A DNA stretch of 64,000 bases from Gnetum montanum. Taxonomy: Eukaryota; Plantae; Gnetophyta. Numbering within the stretch: the first letter of the stretch is position 1; the number at the start of each line of letters is the position of its first letter. This document shows positions 1 to 12,727 of the stretch, one piece after another. Both the position numbers and the translations under genes were made by a program. Location of the stretch: assembly GCA_015680685.1 (NCBI GenBank), contig MNCI01000614.1:469655-533654 (forward strand). Direction: 5' to 3'. Under the pieces are notes generated by a model. That model had not been told where the DNA came from and did not search any database. It saw only the letters and a program-made list of their open reading frames with translations.

Positions 1-2295
1 ACTGGGCATTTCTCAAACTAAGGAAGGACTCAAGGATTGCAAAGGGTGTGACTTCAAGGGAACTTGATGTTTTTGTGTTGGTCATTCACTTGGGTGCTTG
101 GATGTTTTCTTCTTGGGTTTTCTTACCATTCCGATGTTACCCAATAATCGGAAGCTGAGACAATAAAAATAAGAAGTCTTTGCATGGTGTGGTCCCCATG
201 CATAAAAACACAAAACACAAAAAAAAAAAAAAAAAGAGAAAAGCAAAAGTGAGGATTCAAAGCACACCCCTTAGACGAAATAAAAATTTGGACTATAAGC
301 ACTGGTTATGGAATCAACGTGTTCCCTCTAACTAAGGCCCTTCTAGCTTTCCATTCTCTCCTTTATTTCGTAGGAATGGTGGTGGCTCTTTGAAGATGCA
401 TCCTTGTTATCCAAGTGGATGGTTTAGCCAAATGCATTGATGCGAAGTCACTGGAAGTTGTTGGTTTGAGCCGAAGTTGGAATGAGAATTGCTACATTGC
501 ACTAACCATAAACCACATAAGGGGCTGTACACCACCTTGTTCTTGGGATTCCATTCCATTCCTCTTTCTTTCCATCCTTCTCTCCATTGTTCACCTCATT
601 GCCGATTGTATCATTGTATATACTTTGGTTGATGCTTTGTTTTCTTTTTGGTAAATTCTAGCGGTTAAGAATTTAACTCTTGTTCCAAAGGACATTCCCA
701 GAGCCTACGGACTCTTTGAATGTGGGTTTGTCAGGGCATTAAGGGCATGAGCCTGCTTTGGGGAGGACCCACTGACATTCCTATTTGGAACATTAGTTAA
801 CTTCTTTTCCCTAACATTTTGCAATTAATTATTATTTTTTTCATTTCCATCATGACATCCCTTTTATCGATGCCATAGTTGTCCCTTTTTTATTTCTCTT
901 TCTTACTCCTTTTCTTTTTCCATTCTAACGCTACCGAAGGTTCACGATTAGTCATGGGGGTACGGGGCCTGATTTTTCTATTTTTCTCCTAAGCCCCGAA
1001 TTTTTTCGTATTCTCCTTAACCCCTACACCTTCGGTAGTCATCATCTACATTTTCCCAGATCCCTATCAGCCATACCACAACCTCGCCAATGGACTTAAA
1101 CCGAAGCAAGGTATTCCTTACTTAATGATTCAATTACCCTTGCTAATATACGATTGTGTTGTGTGTGCAGATGGGAATCATACAACAACAGAATGGATCT
1201 GGAGCAAACACTTGGAATGGAGCAGCACTGAAGCAGTTATGCAAGGAGTTGGATTGATGATGTGCTTACGGATGGACAACAAAAGGTGCAGTCTAGGCGT
1301 TGGCAGCAGTAAGACTCTTCTCTCTTCTTCTCTTCTATTCTCTCTCCTCTTTTCTCTCAGCTGCCAACTATGGCCTGATGTCATTGTAATAAGGTGTTCA
1401 CCCTTGTTGTCATGAACACCAGTTTTTGTCAAGTCTTGTAATAAAGACCGTTCACATGTCATTCCATTAGTTCNNNNNNNNNNNNNNNNNNNNNNNNNNN
1501 NNNNNNNNNNNNNNNNNNNNNNNNNNNNNNNNNNNNNNNNNNNNNNNNNNNNNNNNNNNNNNNNNNNNNNNNNNNNNNNNNNNNNNNNNNNNNNNNNNNN
1601 NNNNNNNNNNNNNNNNNNNNNNNNNNNNNNNNNNNNNNNNNNNNNNNNNNNNNNNNNNNNNNNNNNNNNNNNNNNNNNNNNNNNNNNNNNNNNNNNNNNN
1701 NNNNNNNNNNNNNNNNNNNNNNNNNNNNNNNNNNNNNNNNNNNNNNNNNNNNNNNNNNNNNNNNNNNNNNNNNNNNNNNNNNNNNNNNNNNNNNNNNNNN
1801 NNNNNNNNNNNNNNNNNNNNNNNNNNNNNNNNNNNNNNNNNNNNNNNNNNNNNNNNNNNNNNNNNNNNNNNNNNNNNNNNNNNNNNNNNNNNNNNNNNNN
1901 NNNNNNNNNNNNNNNNNNNNNNNNNNNNNNNNNNNNNNNNNNNNNNNNNNNNNNNNNNNNNNNNNNNNNNNNNNNNNNNNNNNNNNNNNNNNNNNNNNNN
2001 NNNNNNNNNNNNNNNNNNNNNNNNNNNNNNNNNNNNNNNNNNNNNNNNNNNNNNNNNNNNNNNNNNNNNNNNNNNNNNNNNNNNNNNNNNNNNNNNNNNN
2101 NNNNNNNNNNNNNNNNNNNNNNNNNNNNNNNNNNNNNNNNNNNNNNNNNNNNNNNNNNNNNNNNNNNNNNNNNNNNNNNNNNNNNNNNNNNNNNNNNNNN
2201 NNNNNNNNNNNNNNNNNNNNNNNNNNNNNNNNNNNNNNNNNNNNNNNNNNNNNNNNNNNNNNNNNNNNNNNNNNNNNNNNNNNNNNNNNNNNNNN

Positions 2296-2495
2296 AAAAT
2301 ACCAAAAAAATCACATACCTCAGACTTGCTTAACCATACACCGTGACACTTACAAGCAAGCCTGGGAAGACAACGAATGATTAACCCCAAGTGTTTCTTG
2401 TGGTGTTAAGGCATTTAGTCTACGGAGTTCGACCAGATCGCGCGTGCACGCTCGTATTCGTATGGTTGAGTGTAGGGGTACCTCGCCACTCATCA
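2296..2495 (+). repeat. 3' end of an LTR (family of the LTR at 62379-63772), apparently inserted in element A's spacer
   Basis: 2423-2495 aligns by eye with 63698-63772 (ggagttcgaccagatcg...ggggtacctcgccactcatca). It ends in CTCATCA and is not followed by a PBS. The left part is lost in the N gap. Confidence 0.55.
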
Positions 2496-3237
2496 CCTTT
2501 AGAAACTACAAAATTTTTTAATTTTCCATTACACTCCCCATAGAGTGTAACCTTTAAAAAACTATAAAGAAATTTCTAACTATTGGTTACACTCCTTGCA
2601 AAGCATAACCCTTGAAAATTTCAAAAAATTTCCAAGTGTTGGTTATGCTCCTAGTAGAGTGTAACACTTGAAAAAAAATTAAATTTTTTCTAACTTTTTT
2701 GTCATGCCCTTGGAAGCATACCCTTCAATTGGGAAATTAGAATGTAGCATTAGAGCATAGCACTTCCAAACATAAAAATCTAGACGTGACAACCATGACC
2801 CTTGTGATCATCCTAACCACTCTATTAAGCTCTAGTACCTAGCATTACTTAAGCATGACCATCATGCTCTGTGGTCATGTCTTGCAGTCGTCTCAACCAT
2901 GGCCAAAATGAAAAAAATGTTTACAAAAGCCATTTTGGCCCTATCCCATGTCCCATGCAATAAATAGAAAACCCTTGTCCCACACCACGTGTGGTATGCA
3001 ATAAACCCTTGTCCCGTGACATGCATGGTACAAAGAAAAACTTTATACATAGATAATCCAAAAAATCCAAAAACTCACAAAATCCATTGTGCATTCATCC
3101 CTCTCAGTCATGGCTACCATGGTTTCCATGGTAATGGTGGCAGTCCCTTGCTTAGGGCAAGCTATCTCTAAGACCCTAAAACCCCAAGGCAAACAAGGAA
3201 AAGAAAAAAATTACAAGGGTAGAGCATAGTGCCTTAC

Positions 3238-3500
3238 CTTGCCAACAATATCTCCCTTTTGTCCTCTATGCATGCCTTTGGAAGGTGCCTCAATGCACAT
3301 TCACCCTCATCCACATTGGTGAGGCTGGGTTGTTGGCATTCACTACAGCATATCATGGTCGATGATTGTCTACACTCTTGCTTTCCTCTTCCTTGTTGCT
3401 ACGCTCTAACTCCCTTTGCTTTGGTTACACTACTCTCAGTGATTTCTTGTTTTAACTTTTGAAAATAATAAGTTCACCATGGTGAAAAATTCTATTTATA
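3238..3500 (-). pseudogene. Antisense cargo gene, TATA box and exon 1 (element A copy)
   Basis: TATAAATA at 3493-3500 (minus). Translation ...VDEGECALRHLPKACIEDKREILLA aligns with B exon 1 VEEVKKALRHAPQACILMRESTSLI. Ends AG|GTAAGG at 3238/3237, in the same phase 2. Confidence 0.7.
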
Positions 3501-4029
3501 CTTTTCTAGGGTGATGGACACATCACCCACTTGAGTACTAGTCCATGTTCCATACGTAAGATGGAACGAGCATAGCACACATAGTTAGAAAATTTTTCTA
3601 ACATTTCTAGCATTCCAAACTTAGAAAATTTTTCACATTTTCTCCTAATTACCTAGTAAATGCCTAGCCTAATCCCACATTCAAACCCTTCCCAACCTTG
3701 CCTAAATCAATGCATCCCATGCAATCTATGGTCCACTACCTTAAACTGGCAATCCTAGGACCAACCAAGGTACCAAAATTAATTTTCATACTTAATTACC
3801 TAATCCAAAAATTGCACAATTAGGTGAATTTTTTATCATTTTTTTCCTTATCTTATGCATTTTACTTTATTAAGACATGTTCCACTTGACATTTTTCTGG
3901 TTATTTTGCAGGATTCTTGAAAGCATTACAACATGAGTGCATATGACCATCTTCATTCATCCTTAGTCTTGACTAGATCTTATGGCAATTCCATGCGATG
4001 CATAAATACTAAATTCCTAGGCTTTGAGC

Positions 4030-7000
4030 CCATGGCATATGACACAAACATAGCATCCCTAGAGACATCCCTAGATTAGCTAGACCATCTAGTTAGAGCT
4101 CTAGATCTAGAGGTAGGTGACATAACTGAGGATGCCCTCATCAAAGTCCCTATAGTAACATGTAAAAGCGAGGTGAAGACACTAAAACTTAGTTTCTTGT
4201 TAGAGCCTCAAATCAAACAAAGCATCACTAATTTCCTCAATGATAATTTCAAGGCATTTTCATGGTCCTATGAGGACATGATAGACTTGGACCCTCTCAT
4301 AATACAACATAACATTATCCTTGATTCTTGCATAAATCCAGCCAAGCAGAAAGCTTGCAAGGTCAAATCTAAGATGGCGTTGATGGTTCATGATGAAATC
4401 ACTAAGCTTTAGAAGGTTAGTTTCATCCAAGTAGTTGACTACATAGAATGGGTCTCAAACCTCATAGTTGTTCCTAAGAAAAATATAAGTATATGCATTT
4501 TCATAGACTTCCGAGACCTAAATAAGGTGACCATCAAAGATGATTTTCCGTTGCCTAGTATTGACCAACTCATTAATACTACGGTTGGTCATGCCTTTTT
4601 ATCCTTCATGGATGGGTTATCAAGGTACAACCAAATTTGAATCAACCTAGAGCACTAGCTTAGCATAACTTTCATGACCCCTTGGGGTACATTTTGCTAC
4701 ATAATGATTTCCTTCAAACTAAAGAATGTAGGAGCAACTTACCAACACACAATGACATATATCTTTAGTGATTACCTACTAAATTTTCTCAATGACTACA
4801 TTGATGAAATAGAAATTAAGCCCAAGGCAGCTCAGGACCATGCAAATAACTTAGACCATCTCCTCAAATGTTGCCTTAGACATGACCTTAGGCTAAATCC
4901 CAAAAAGTGTGTCTTCGACATCAAGACCAATCACATGTTGGGTTTTGTACTATTAGAAGTAGGTATACATGTAGACCCTGATAAGGTTAAGGCTATCACC
5001 AACTTAGCACCATCGTCAAACCTTAAGGAGCTATGTGGGTTACAAGGTAGATTGCAATTCATTTCTAGGTTTATTGCAAGGTTGACTAATAAGTTGCAAC
5101 CAATGTAACATCTGCTCAAAAAGGGCATCCACTTTGAGTGGTAAGCTCAATGTCAAGAGGCATTTGATAACCTCAAAAAGGAGTTGGCTCAACTTCCAAT
5201 AGTCTATCCTCCTAAGGAGACAAGCCATTTTACATTTACCTTACAACCTCAGATGCATCCATCGCTTATCTACTTTACCAAAAGTAAGATGATGGCTCAA
5301 AGGTCCCTGTTTACTACCTAAGCCATGTGGGAGTGCCCCATGAGGCAAAATACAATGATGTGGGGAAGAACTACCTCACCTTAGTCTTTGTGCTTAAGAA
5401 GTGGAGACATTATCTTTTCCATAGCTAAGGTAATATGATCTGCAAAAGTAATGTACTTTGGATAATTACTACAAATATCTACGAAAGTAGTCAAATCGCA
5501 TGTTGGAAAGTAATAACTGTGGAGTTTGACTTGCACTATATAGCCCGAGCATCCACGAAAGGTCAAGTAATAATCTCACAACTCACGACTTTACTAGTAG
5601 ACGATCAAGTGATAATAGATCCAAAATTTCCAAATGAGCATGTAAATAGCATAACCGAAGTGCCGACAAACTTTGAGGTAGTTTTACACCTCGATGGTGC
5701 TTCAACCTCACAAGGGGGTAGTGCCACTACCATCATCACATTTCCATCTAGGGAGATCTGACCCTTTGCATATCACTTTGCACTTCCCTACACCAACAAT
5801 GTAGTAGAGTATGAAGGTCTCCTTAGGTGTGTCTTAGCAACCCATGATCTAGGAGTCCAAAACATAGTGATTTGAGGCAGTTTGCAGCTTGTTGTCAACC
5901 AAATTATAGAGTTTTATGCCTATAAGGCACAACATTTACACCCTTATTATGACTTTTCAAAACACCTACTCAAGAAATTTACAATCATAGATATCCAACA
6001 TATTTCCCAAAATGAGAACGTCATTGCTGATGCATTAGCCACCTTAGCCTTAAACATAACACCCAACATGCTTTCTACCTCACCCACTTTGATAACTAAT
6101 TGCACTAAACCTATCATTCAAACAACAAGCATTTCATCCATAGCCACAACAAGCACATATCATACCCAGGAGTGGTATAACAATATTAATACATACCTCC
6201 AACAAGGTGATCCTCCTCAACACTTAACCATTGCCTAAAGAGATGCAATGCAAAAATGGTCATGGTAATACATCCTTGCAGGTGATAGCACCTTGTGTCG
6301 TAGATCCTATGACGGAATACTATTAACCTACATTAACTCTAGCAAAGTATAAATGGTCATTGATCAAGTTCATGAGGGAAGGCCACATAGCACCTAGGGC
6401 AATGGTAGGAAAAATTATATGCTTAGGCTACTATTGGCCTTACATGGAGTGTGATTGTGTTTCCAAGGACAGGACGTGTAACATGTGTTAATGACATGGC
6501 AACCTAATACACATGCCACCCACTGAACTACATACTACATAAATCACATGGCCATTCCAACATTGGGGGTTGGATATCATAGGACCTATCATTCCTAAGT
6601 CTTCTGCAGGACATAGCTTCATCATAACTACAATTGAATCCTTTACCAAGTGGGTTGAAGCCATTCCCCTTAGGAAGATATCACAACAAGTTTGTAAATT
6701 TATCCTAGACAACATAGTGATCCAATTTGGTCTACCCATGACTATAGTCATAGACAATAGGCCACAATTTAGTAGTGCAAAAACAAAAGCCTTCTGTGAA
6801 GACCTTAGCATCAAACATTCCTTTCCATCACCATACTACCCATAGGAAAATGGCCAAGCATAAGCTACAAACAAATTCATCATCAACCTTCTAAAGAAAA
6901 TGCTTAACAATAGCAAATGATGATGGCATAAATAGCTAGGATACATGTTATGGGACTACTGCATGACATGCAGAACAACAACTGGTAAGACACAATATAG

Positions 7001-7403
7001 CCTTGTGTATGGATCTAAAGAAATGTTTCCTCTTGAATTGTAGGTTCCATCACTTTGCATGATTCTCTCAAGCTTTATTGATGAGGTTTAGAATAACGAA
7101 TTAAGAACCATTAACCTCAACTCTATAGAGGAGGAGCACATGCAAACACTTGATCATATTGAATTGTACCAAGAAAAGAAATGGCAAAGACATCGTCACA
7201 ATCAACATTAATGCCTAATCAAAAAAGGGGTCCTAGTCCTCAAGGTCATTTGCAAACTCGTGGATAAATTCTTAGCCAACTGGAAAGGGCCTTTCTTAGT
7301 CATAAAGGCCTATGAAAATGGATCATTCAAGCTTGTTGATCTAGATGGCAATGAGTTTTCAAATCCAATCAACTACTCGTACTTGAAGTTGTACTATGCC
7401 TAG
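4030..7403 (+). pseudogene. pol: Degenerate pol of element A (RT, RNase H, second RNase H, integrase)
   Basis: ORF fragments TPWGTFCY..FKLKNVGATYQ, YIDE, LNPKKCVF, LHLDG, NVIADALA, WGLDIIGP..FTKWVEAIPL, NWKGPF; many in-frame stops. Confidence 0.95.
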
Positions 7404-7439
7404 TACACAATGCTACAACATCAACATAGCAATGTAAGC

Positions 7440-7660
7440 AGAACGTCCACTATGATGTTAAATTGGCACAAAATGTTCTTGGGCTATGAAATTAAACTAG
7501 CACCCATAGCATGGTCTGCTATTACCTTAAACTAGCTATCCACCATCCATTGCGATGTTAAACTAGCACAATGGTCTACTAGGATCTTAAACTAGATCCA
7601 TAGTGTATTAGGACCTTAAACTAGCAAAACATGTGGTCTACCAAGATATAAAACTAGGTT
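7440..7660 (+). repeat. Short degenerate tandem repeats (TTAAACTAGC core) after the integrase stop
   Basis: About 7 units of ~30 bp, each containing (c/g)ttaaactag. Confidence 0.7.
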
Positions 7661-9209
7661 CATAGTTCAGCACCCATATTTCAACACACATAGTTCTGCA
7701 GACAAGCAAGCACAAATACTTCCAACCTCCATCACCTACCTACACTTCTTAGGCAAGGTGGGTTATGACATTGCAGTTCTAGAATGAAGCTCACATCATC
7801 AAGAAAAAACCCTCTATAACATTTGCAACATTACCATCCTTATCATCTTATTGATCTTTTGAAGATGCCTTCAGGAATCTTGCTAACCTTCCAAAGCTAC
7901 TACCACCATCGCCATTCATCTTGGTCTAAGCTCTCACTGTCAACATCACTTGCTAGAAAACCAACAATACTATGGCATAGTCATAGCACTACCATCCTCT
8001 AACCCTCACCATTGACTAGGCTTGGAAGAGCATCCAACATTGTGGCTTCCCATCATGATGCTAGGTTTCCTAGCTCCTATCCTTGTTGAGGACTCCCAAG
8101 TACCTACATTGCCAACACCTTCAGCCACTTTAGTGATCACTTTTGGTGTGGCTATTGGAGCTTTTGCAACCTACCACCACCAGTGCCCATACTACCCTTC
8201 CTACTTTGGATACTACATGCACTTGCAAATGACATAGCACTCGTGGCCCTTTCAATGCCCTTACAAATAGGAGTTCACTTTCATCTTACATGTTATGCTT
8301 TTTTTTCTTGTTTTCTCTATGTTGTGTTTGCAGGGTAAAGCCTTGACAATAGTTATTCAAAGATGTGTTTCACTATGGTGGAAAGTCACCACACTACTGT
8401 AATGTGTCCACTTTGACTTACTAAGCTACTTAAGAGTGCACATTCCTATCATCCCACCAAATCCTATTCACATTTACCCCTTTACCTTACATTTCCTTGC
8501 ATTCCTTGCAAGCTTCTCTAATGCACATGGAACTCTTTTTTTAGTTAACCGTACAACCCATGATGGACGTAACATAACTTGTCCCATGGAGAGCCTTTAT
8601 GGGTTGGTCAAAGCCCAAGTGGATGTAACATAACTCATCTTGGGGAGGAAACACCTATCCTACAGATGTGACATGGTTTCCTCTAAACAAATTTTTTTGA
8701 GTGGCATGTAGTTCACCTAGCAACAAACATCTCCTAGTTTTTTATATATAAAAAAAGAGACAAGAGACAAAAAGGAAAAGAAAAATGGGACAAAACAAAT
8801 TCCTAGGCAAAAAAAATAGAAAAGTTTCCATTTTGCAACTAGTCTAATCTCAAATCGATCATCTCACAAGCACTCTGATGAGGGGTCAAAATCTCTGGGG
8901 TAGGCCATCTCAATATGTTGACTCCCTCACAAACACTCCAAGGAGGGATCACACTTTGGTAACAAGCATCATGATGCCACATCCTACATTCGCATGCATA
9001 ACGAGCAACCTTCCCACTTGTTATTCCTTGATCCATCTCCTTAAATTACTCCATGCCATACTTTATTCCATTAGCACTCCCAAGCATAGTGAAGCATTGT
9101 ATAATTAGGAATAGATGAGCATTATTAGTATTAGGCTTACTGTGGTGTTTCATATTCTTTTTCAACGTCTCTTGGGCCACTCCTCCAAATGTCAACAAAG
9201 AGGAACCAA

Positions 9210-11070
9210 TGAAACACCATCAATTTCAGGCTTTATCACTTCAATGGAAAATTTTTCTAAGTGTTAGTGCTATGCTTCCTAGCGTAGCTAGTGTAGCATG
9301 CATCAAGGCCTATTTTGCAAAATTTTCTAAGTGTCAAAAATAGTTACATGAAAATTATTCTAAGTATCCTGCTATGCTGTCACTATACCTACTATGCTCC
9401 CTAGCGTAGCTAGAGTACCACACACTTCCATGGCTAGTTTTCCCAAGTGCAAAGCCAAAAATTATTAGGATTGCTTTGGATGAACAAAATAGTTCATAAA
9501 TTTTCTATCTCCTAGGTTGCCATACTCTACTATGCTCCCTAATGTAGCCTGCATAGCACATGTTTCAATGGCTAGTTTGCCCAACTGCCAAGCCAAAAGT
9601 TGTTAGGATTGCTTGGGATGGAAAAAATAGTTTAGCAAATTTTCTATCTTTTGGATTTCTATGCTCTCTAGCATAGCTAGCGTAGCATACTTTTCAGTGC
9701 CTAGTTTTTCCTAAGTATTAGGCAAGAAGCTATCAAGCCAGTTCAGCATGGAAGAGACATTTGGCAAATTTTCTAACTCTTAAAGCTACCTCTCTTGCTT
9801 GCCCCAAAGCATAGCCAACGTACCATGAAGAAAGACTATAGATTCTATTAAATTTTGGCTAAGTATCCCTACTATGCTCCAAAGCGTAGCTAGCATAACT
9901 AGTGTTGGACATCAAAATTTTGCAAAATTTGACTAAGTGTTGTGTTATGCTCTAGAGCGTAGCTAGTATAACACTAAAGAAAATCCTTTGACAGCCTTTA
10001 AAACTCAGCATTAGCCTTCGTCTCGACTCTGAAATTCCTCCAGCAAGCAATATCAACAATTTGTTTCTCTTTTGCACTCCCATTTATTCCCAAAATTGTT
10101 CCTACACTTGACCCTACTTGAAAGAGGGAAATATGTAGTCCCAGAGCATAGCCTCCAAGTTGCACTATTTTGCATTATTTGTAGGTACATTGTGGTCATT
10201 CAAACTTTGGCACATGTAATCTTGGTAGTGTGGTCATAGTTCAATAGTCTCTAGGGACCTGTTGAAGTACTTTAGAGCATAGCACTTTGTTACTCCCATG
10301 GAATCATAGCAAAGGTTAATGTAGCCCCATCTACCCTCATGCCACACGGCGTCTGATCTGCATCTTGTGCCACATGGTGCCTGGTCTACATTTTGTACTA
10401 ACCCTAGCCCTATAAATACCCATGTGTTTAGCATTCTAGGAGTTGGCAAATCAAAAGATCATTTGGCATTTTAGCATTCTAAGAATCCTTGGGACTCTTG
10501 CATCTAAGCACTTGAACACACCTAGCACTTTGCACTTTGACGCATCCTAGAGCGTAGTTCACCATTGTACCCACAAAACATAGCAATAGCCAACTAGTAG
10601 GTTTATTTCCCATGGCAGCCACTAGTTCTATGTCCCAAAGACTGCTACACTACCACTATGCCTACCTATACATCATGTACCACTCTCACTTTTTTTCCTA
10701 CAATAGCTACACTCCCTGTTTCGGGGCGATGCACTTTTGTTCTTTAGTTCTGTTGCATTTTTCAAGAATTTTTCTTTTGTATTTAGCATAACACTTGCAT
10801 TTTTTTCACTATTTCATACACATTTTCACATTTACATCATAGACTTAGCCTAGGAAGCCTTGCTATGCTTTGGCTTAGCTAGCCCCAATGCCTACACATG
10901 ATGCTATATAAACCACTCTTGTACACAGTCATCTTAACACCTTGTAAGTCCATATCTAATTGACAAGACCATTCAGGGCACCCTATCTCTATTTTCTAGC
11001 ATGGCTAGGGTTACACTATATGCCTTCTAACCCCTTGATGTTCTAGCCATCGACATTTTTGGTCATCACA
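9210..11070 (+). repeat. 3' LTR of element A
   Basis: TG...CA ends shared with the LTRs of B and D; preceded by a PPT; TATAAATA at ~10411; U3 rich in CTA(C/T)GCT and AGC(G/A)TAG motifs. Confidence 0.9.
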
Positions 11071-12300
11071 AGTTGGTCAAGCATGGCATTAGGTTTCTAG
11101 TTATACTTGAAACAGTTAAAAATTTGTGAAATTAGTTTATCTAAATAGGATATAGATCCTCTTGGCAAGACACATTACTAGTCAAGTGAGTTTTCCATTA
11201 AATACATAGGGAAGATTCACATAATAGTATGTGACCACACCTGAAATAGCAAACACTTGAAGTAAAAGTTAACCATGTGAGCATTTGAATCATCTTCGCC
11301 ATTGTATTTGGTGAACTATGGCATAGGAATACTAGGGGAAAGAGTTAGTAATGGGATTGTAGGACTAATGAGATCATCTTAGTACATCTCCATTATCTTC
11401 ATAGTCTAGGACATTGAGACCTTAAGTTTCCTTAACTTTTTAATCAAGTCCTAGATCATTTGGAAAGAATGATCCAGAACTTGAGTTACCACTATCTATT
11501 TTGGGGTTTGGACAAAGGGATAAGGCATCCATTGTGATTCTTGTGGTCTTGCTATTAGTTTTAGAATGAAAGGAAGTGGTTCTTTCATGGTCATAGTTTG
11601 TGGTCCAAATAGGAAGAAAGAAATTTGTGCTAATATTTGAGGCACAAACAAGATAAATGGGGTATGCGACTCTTGAGTTGCATGGGATCTCATGGTAGTT
11701 TCACATGTGTAGTAGAGGGGTTAGTAGTAGTAACAAGCACAGATAATGATTGCCTAGTCTAAGGCTATGTAGTAAATGACATGGAAAAATGAAAAGGTCA
11801 TAGGTTGTAACACTAAGTATTCTTGGTGTGAGGCTAATATGGGGGTAAGATCAATAGTATTAAAGGAGGGGGCAAAAGGTGATGACATTATGGCCATGAA
11901 GAACATGAAGGCATTAGAGAAAGAATCAATGGACTTGGGGGTTTCTTATTGGAACAACCCTCCTAGGATGTTTTTTGACTTAGATTCTACCCTAAAATCA
12001 TCCTCCTATTCTTATTACTCCTCCAAGATGTGCTTTTCGTCCTCCTTCCATCTTAATCAGTTGGGATAAAATGCTAGCATAGACATTGTTAAGGAATATT
12101 TGGTCATACTAGTAAGGGACATACTCCTTCCCACCCCAATGTATGAGCTCAAACTCCCTTTTGACTTCTACTTGCAAATGTCGAATCAAAATCCTAGCCT
12201 ACATCTTGGCACAAATGTAGTTGTATCAGTCTTCATTTATGACTGAGAGGTCAAGACTTTTTCTACTAATCCTTAAAGACTATCTACACTCTATGATAGT
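11071..12300 (-). pseudogene. gag: Degenerate gag (N-terminal part) of minus-strand element E, interrupted by element A
   Basis: Minus translation SPTIPLLTL...FTKYNGEDDSNAHMVNF...KPNAMLDQL aligns with B gag KPTIPTLVL...FTKYDGKGDPDTHLVTF...KPETMPDQL. Homology stops at the end of A's LTR. Confidence 0.85.
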
Positions 12301-12704
12301 AGGGTCCTTGGGGTTGTAGACCCTCATAGCTTGCTAGCTAGACCACCTGTCAGTAAATGTGAAATACATCTTGGTCAATTTTTGGAAAGACATGTTGAAA
12401 GGAAATTGAAAGATAGTAGAAGATGGTTGCTAAAAGTTTAAAACTGAGGAAGAAATCCTAAAACAAAATGCTAGAAAATGGAATCCAACAAACAAAATCC
12501 AAAAAATAAAATCTTGAGAATGGAATCCACAAAAATGAAATGCCACTAAACGTACAAGGCTAAATAGAATTGGTGTTGCAATAGATAGAAAATATGCAGC
12601 AAAACCCAATGGAATGGATTTTAATAGGCAACACTAATTTTGTAGGTATAACAAAAGGACAGAAACAACTAAAATGTATTTATGGCCAAGAATTTGAATG
12701 GAGG

Positions 12705-12721
12705 CCCTCCCTCTAGCATCA
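12705..12721 (-). promoter_or_regulatory. Primer binding site (tRNA-Asn-like) of element E
   Basis: TGATGCTAGAGGGAGGG vs TGGCGCTAGAAGGAGGG, which is the complement of the plant tRNA-Asn 3' end as recalled from memory; 6 nt from the LTR end. Confidence 0.7.
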
Positions 12722-12727
12722 AAAAAC

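Larger units (their letters stand above)
2496..11070 (+). mobile_element. Element A: Tat-group Gypsy LTR retrotransposon, 3' part (spacer, pol, 3'UTR, 3' LTR)
   Basis: Degenerate RT/RH/aRH/INT at ~4030-7403, PPT at 9197-9205, LTR TGAAACACC (9210) ... TTTTGGTCATCACA (11070). The 5' part is not visible because of the gap and the window edge. Confidence 0.9.

Noticed and set aside
1-1473. Possible minus-strand LTR start (TGATAGGG near 1068) and a plus-strand acceptor near 1170
   Set aside because: No partner LTR, TSD, PBS or coding motif in the window; left unclassified.
1178-2390. 378-aa and 307-aa ORFs
   Set aside because: Artefacts of the N gap; the same applies to the ORFs at 52255-52761.
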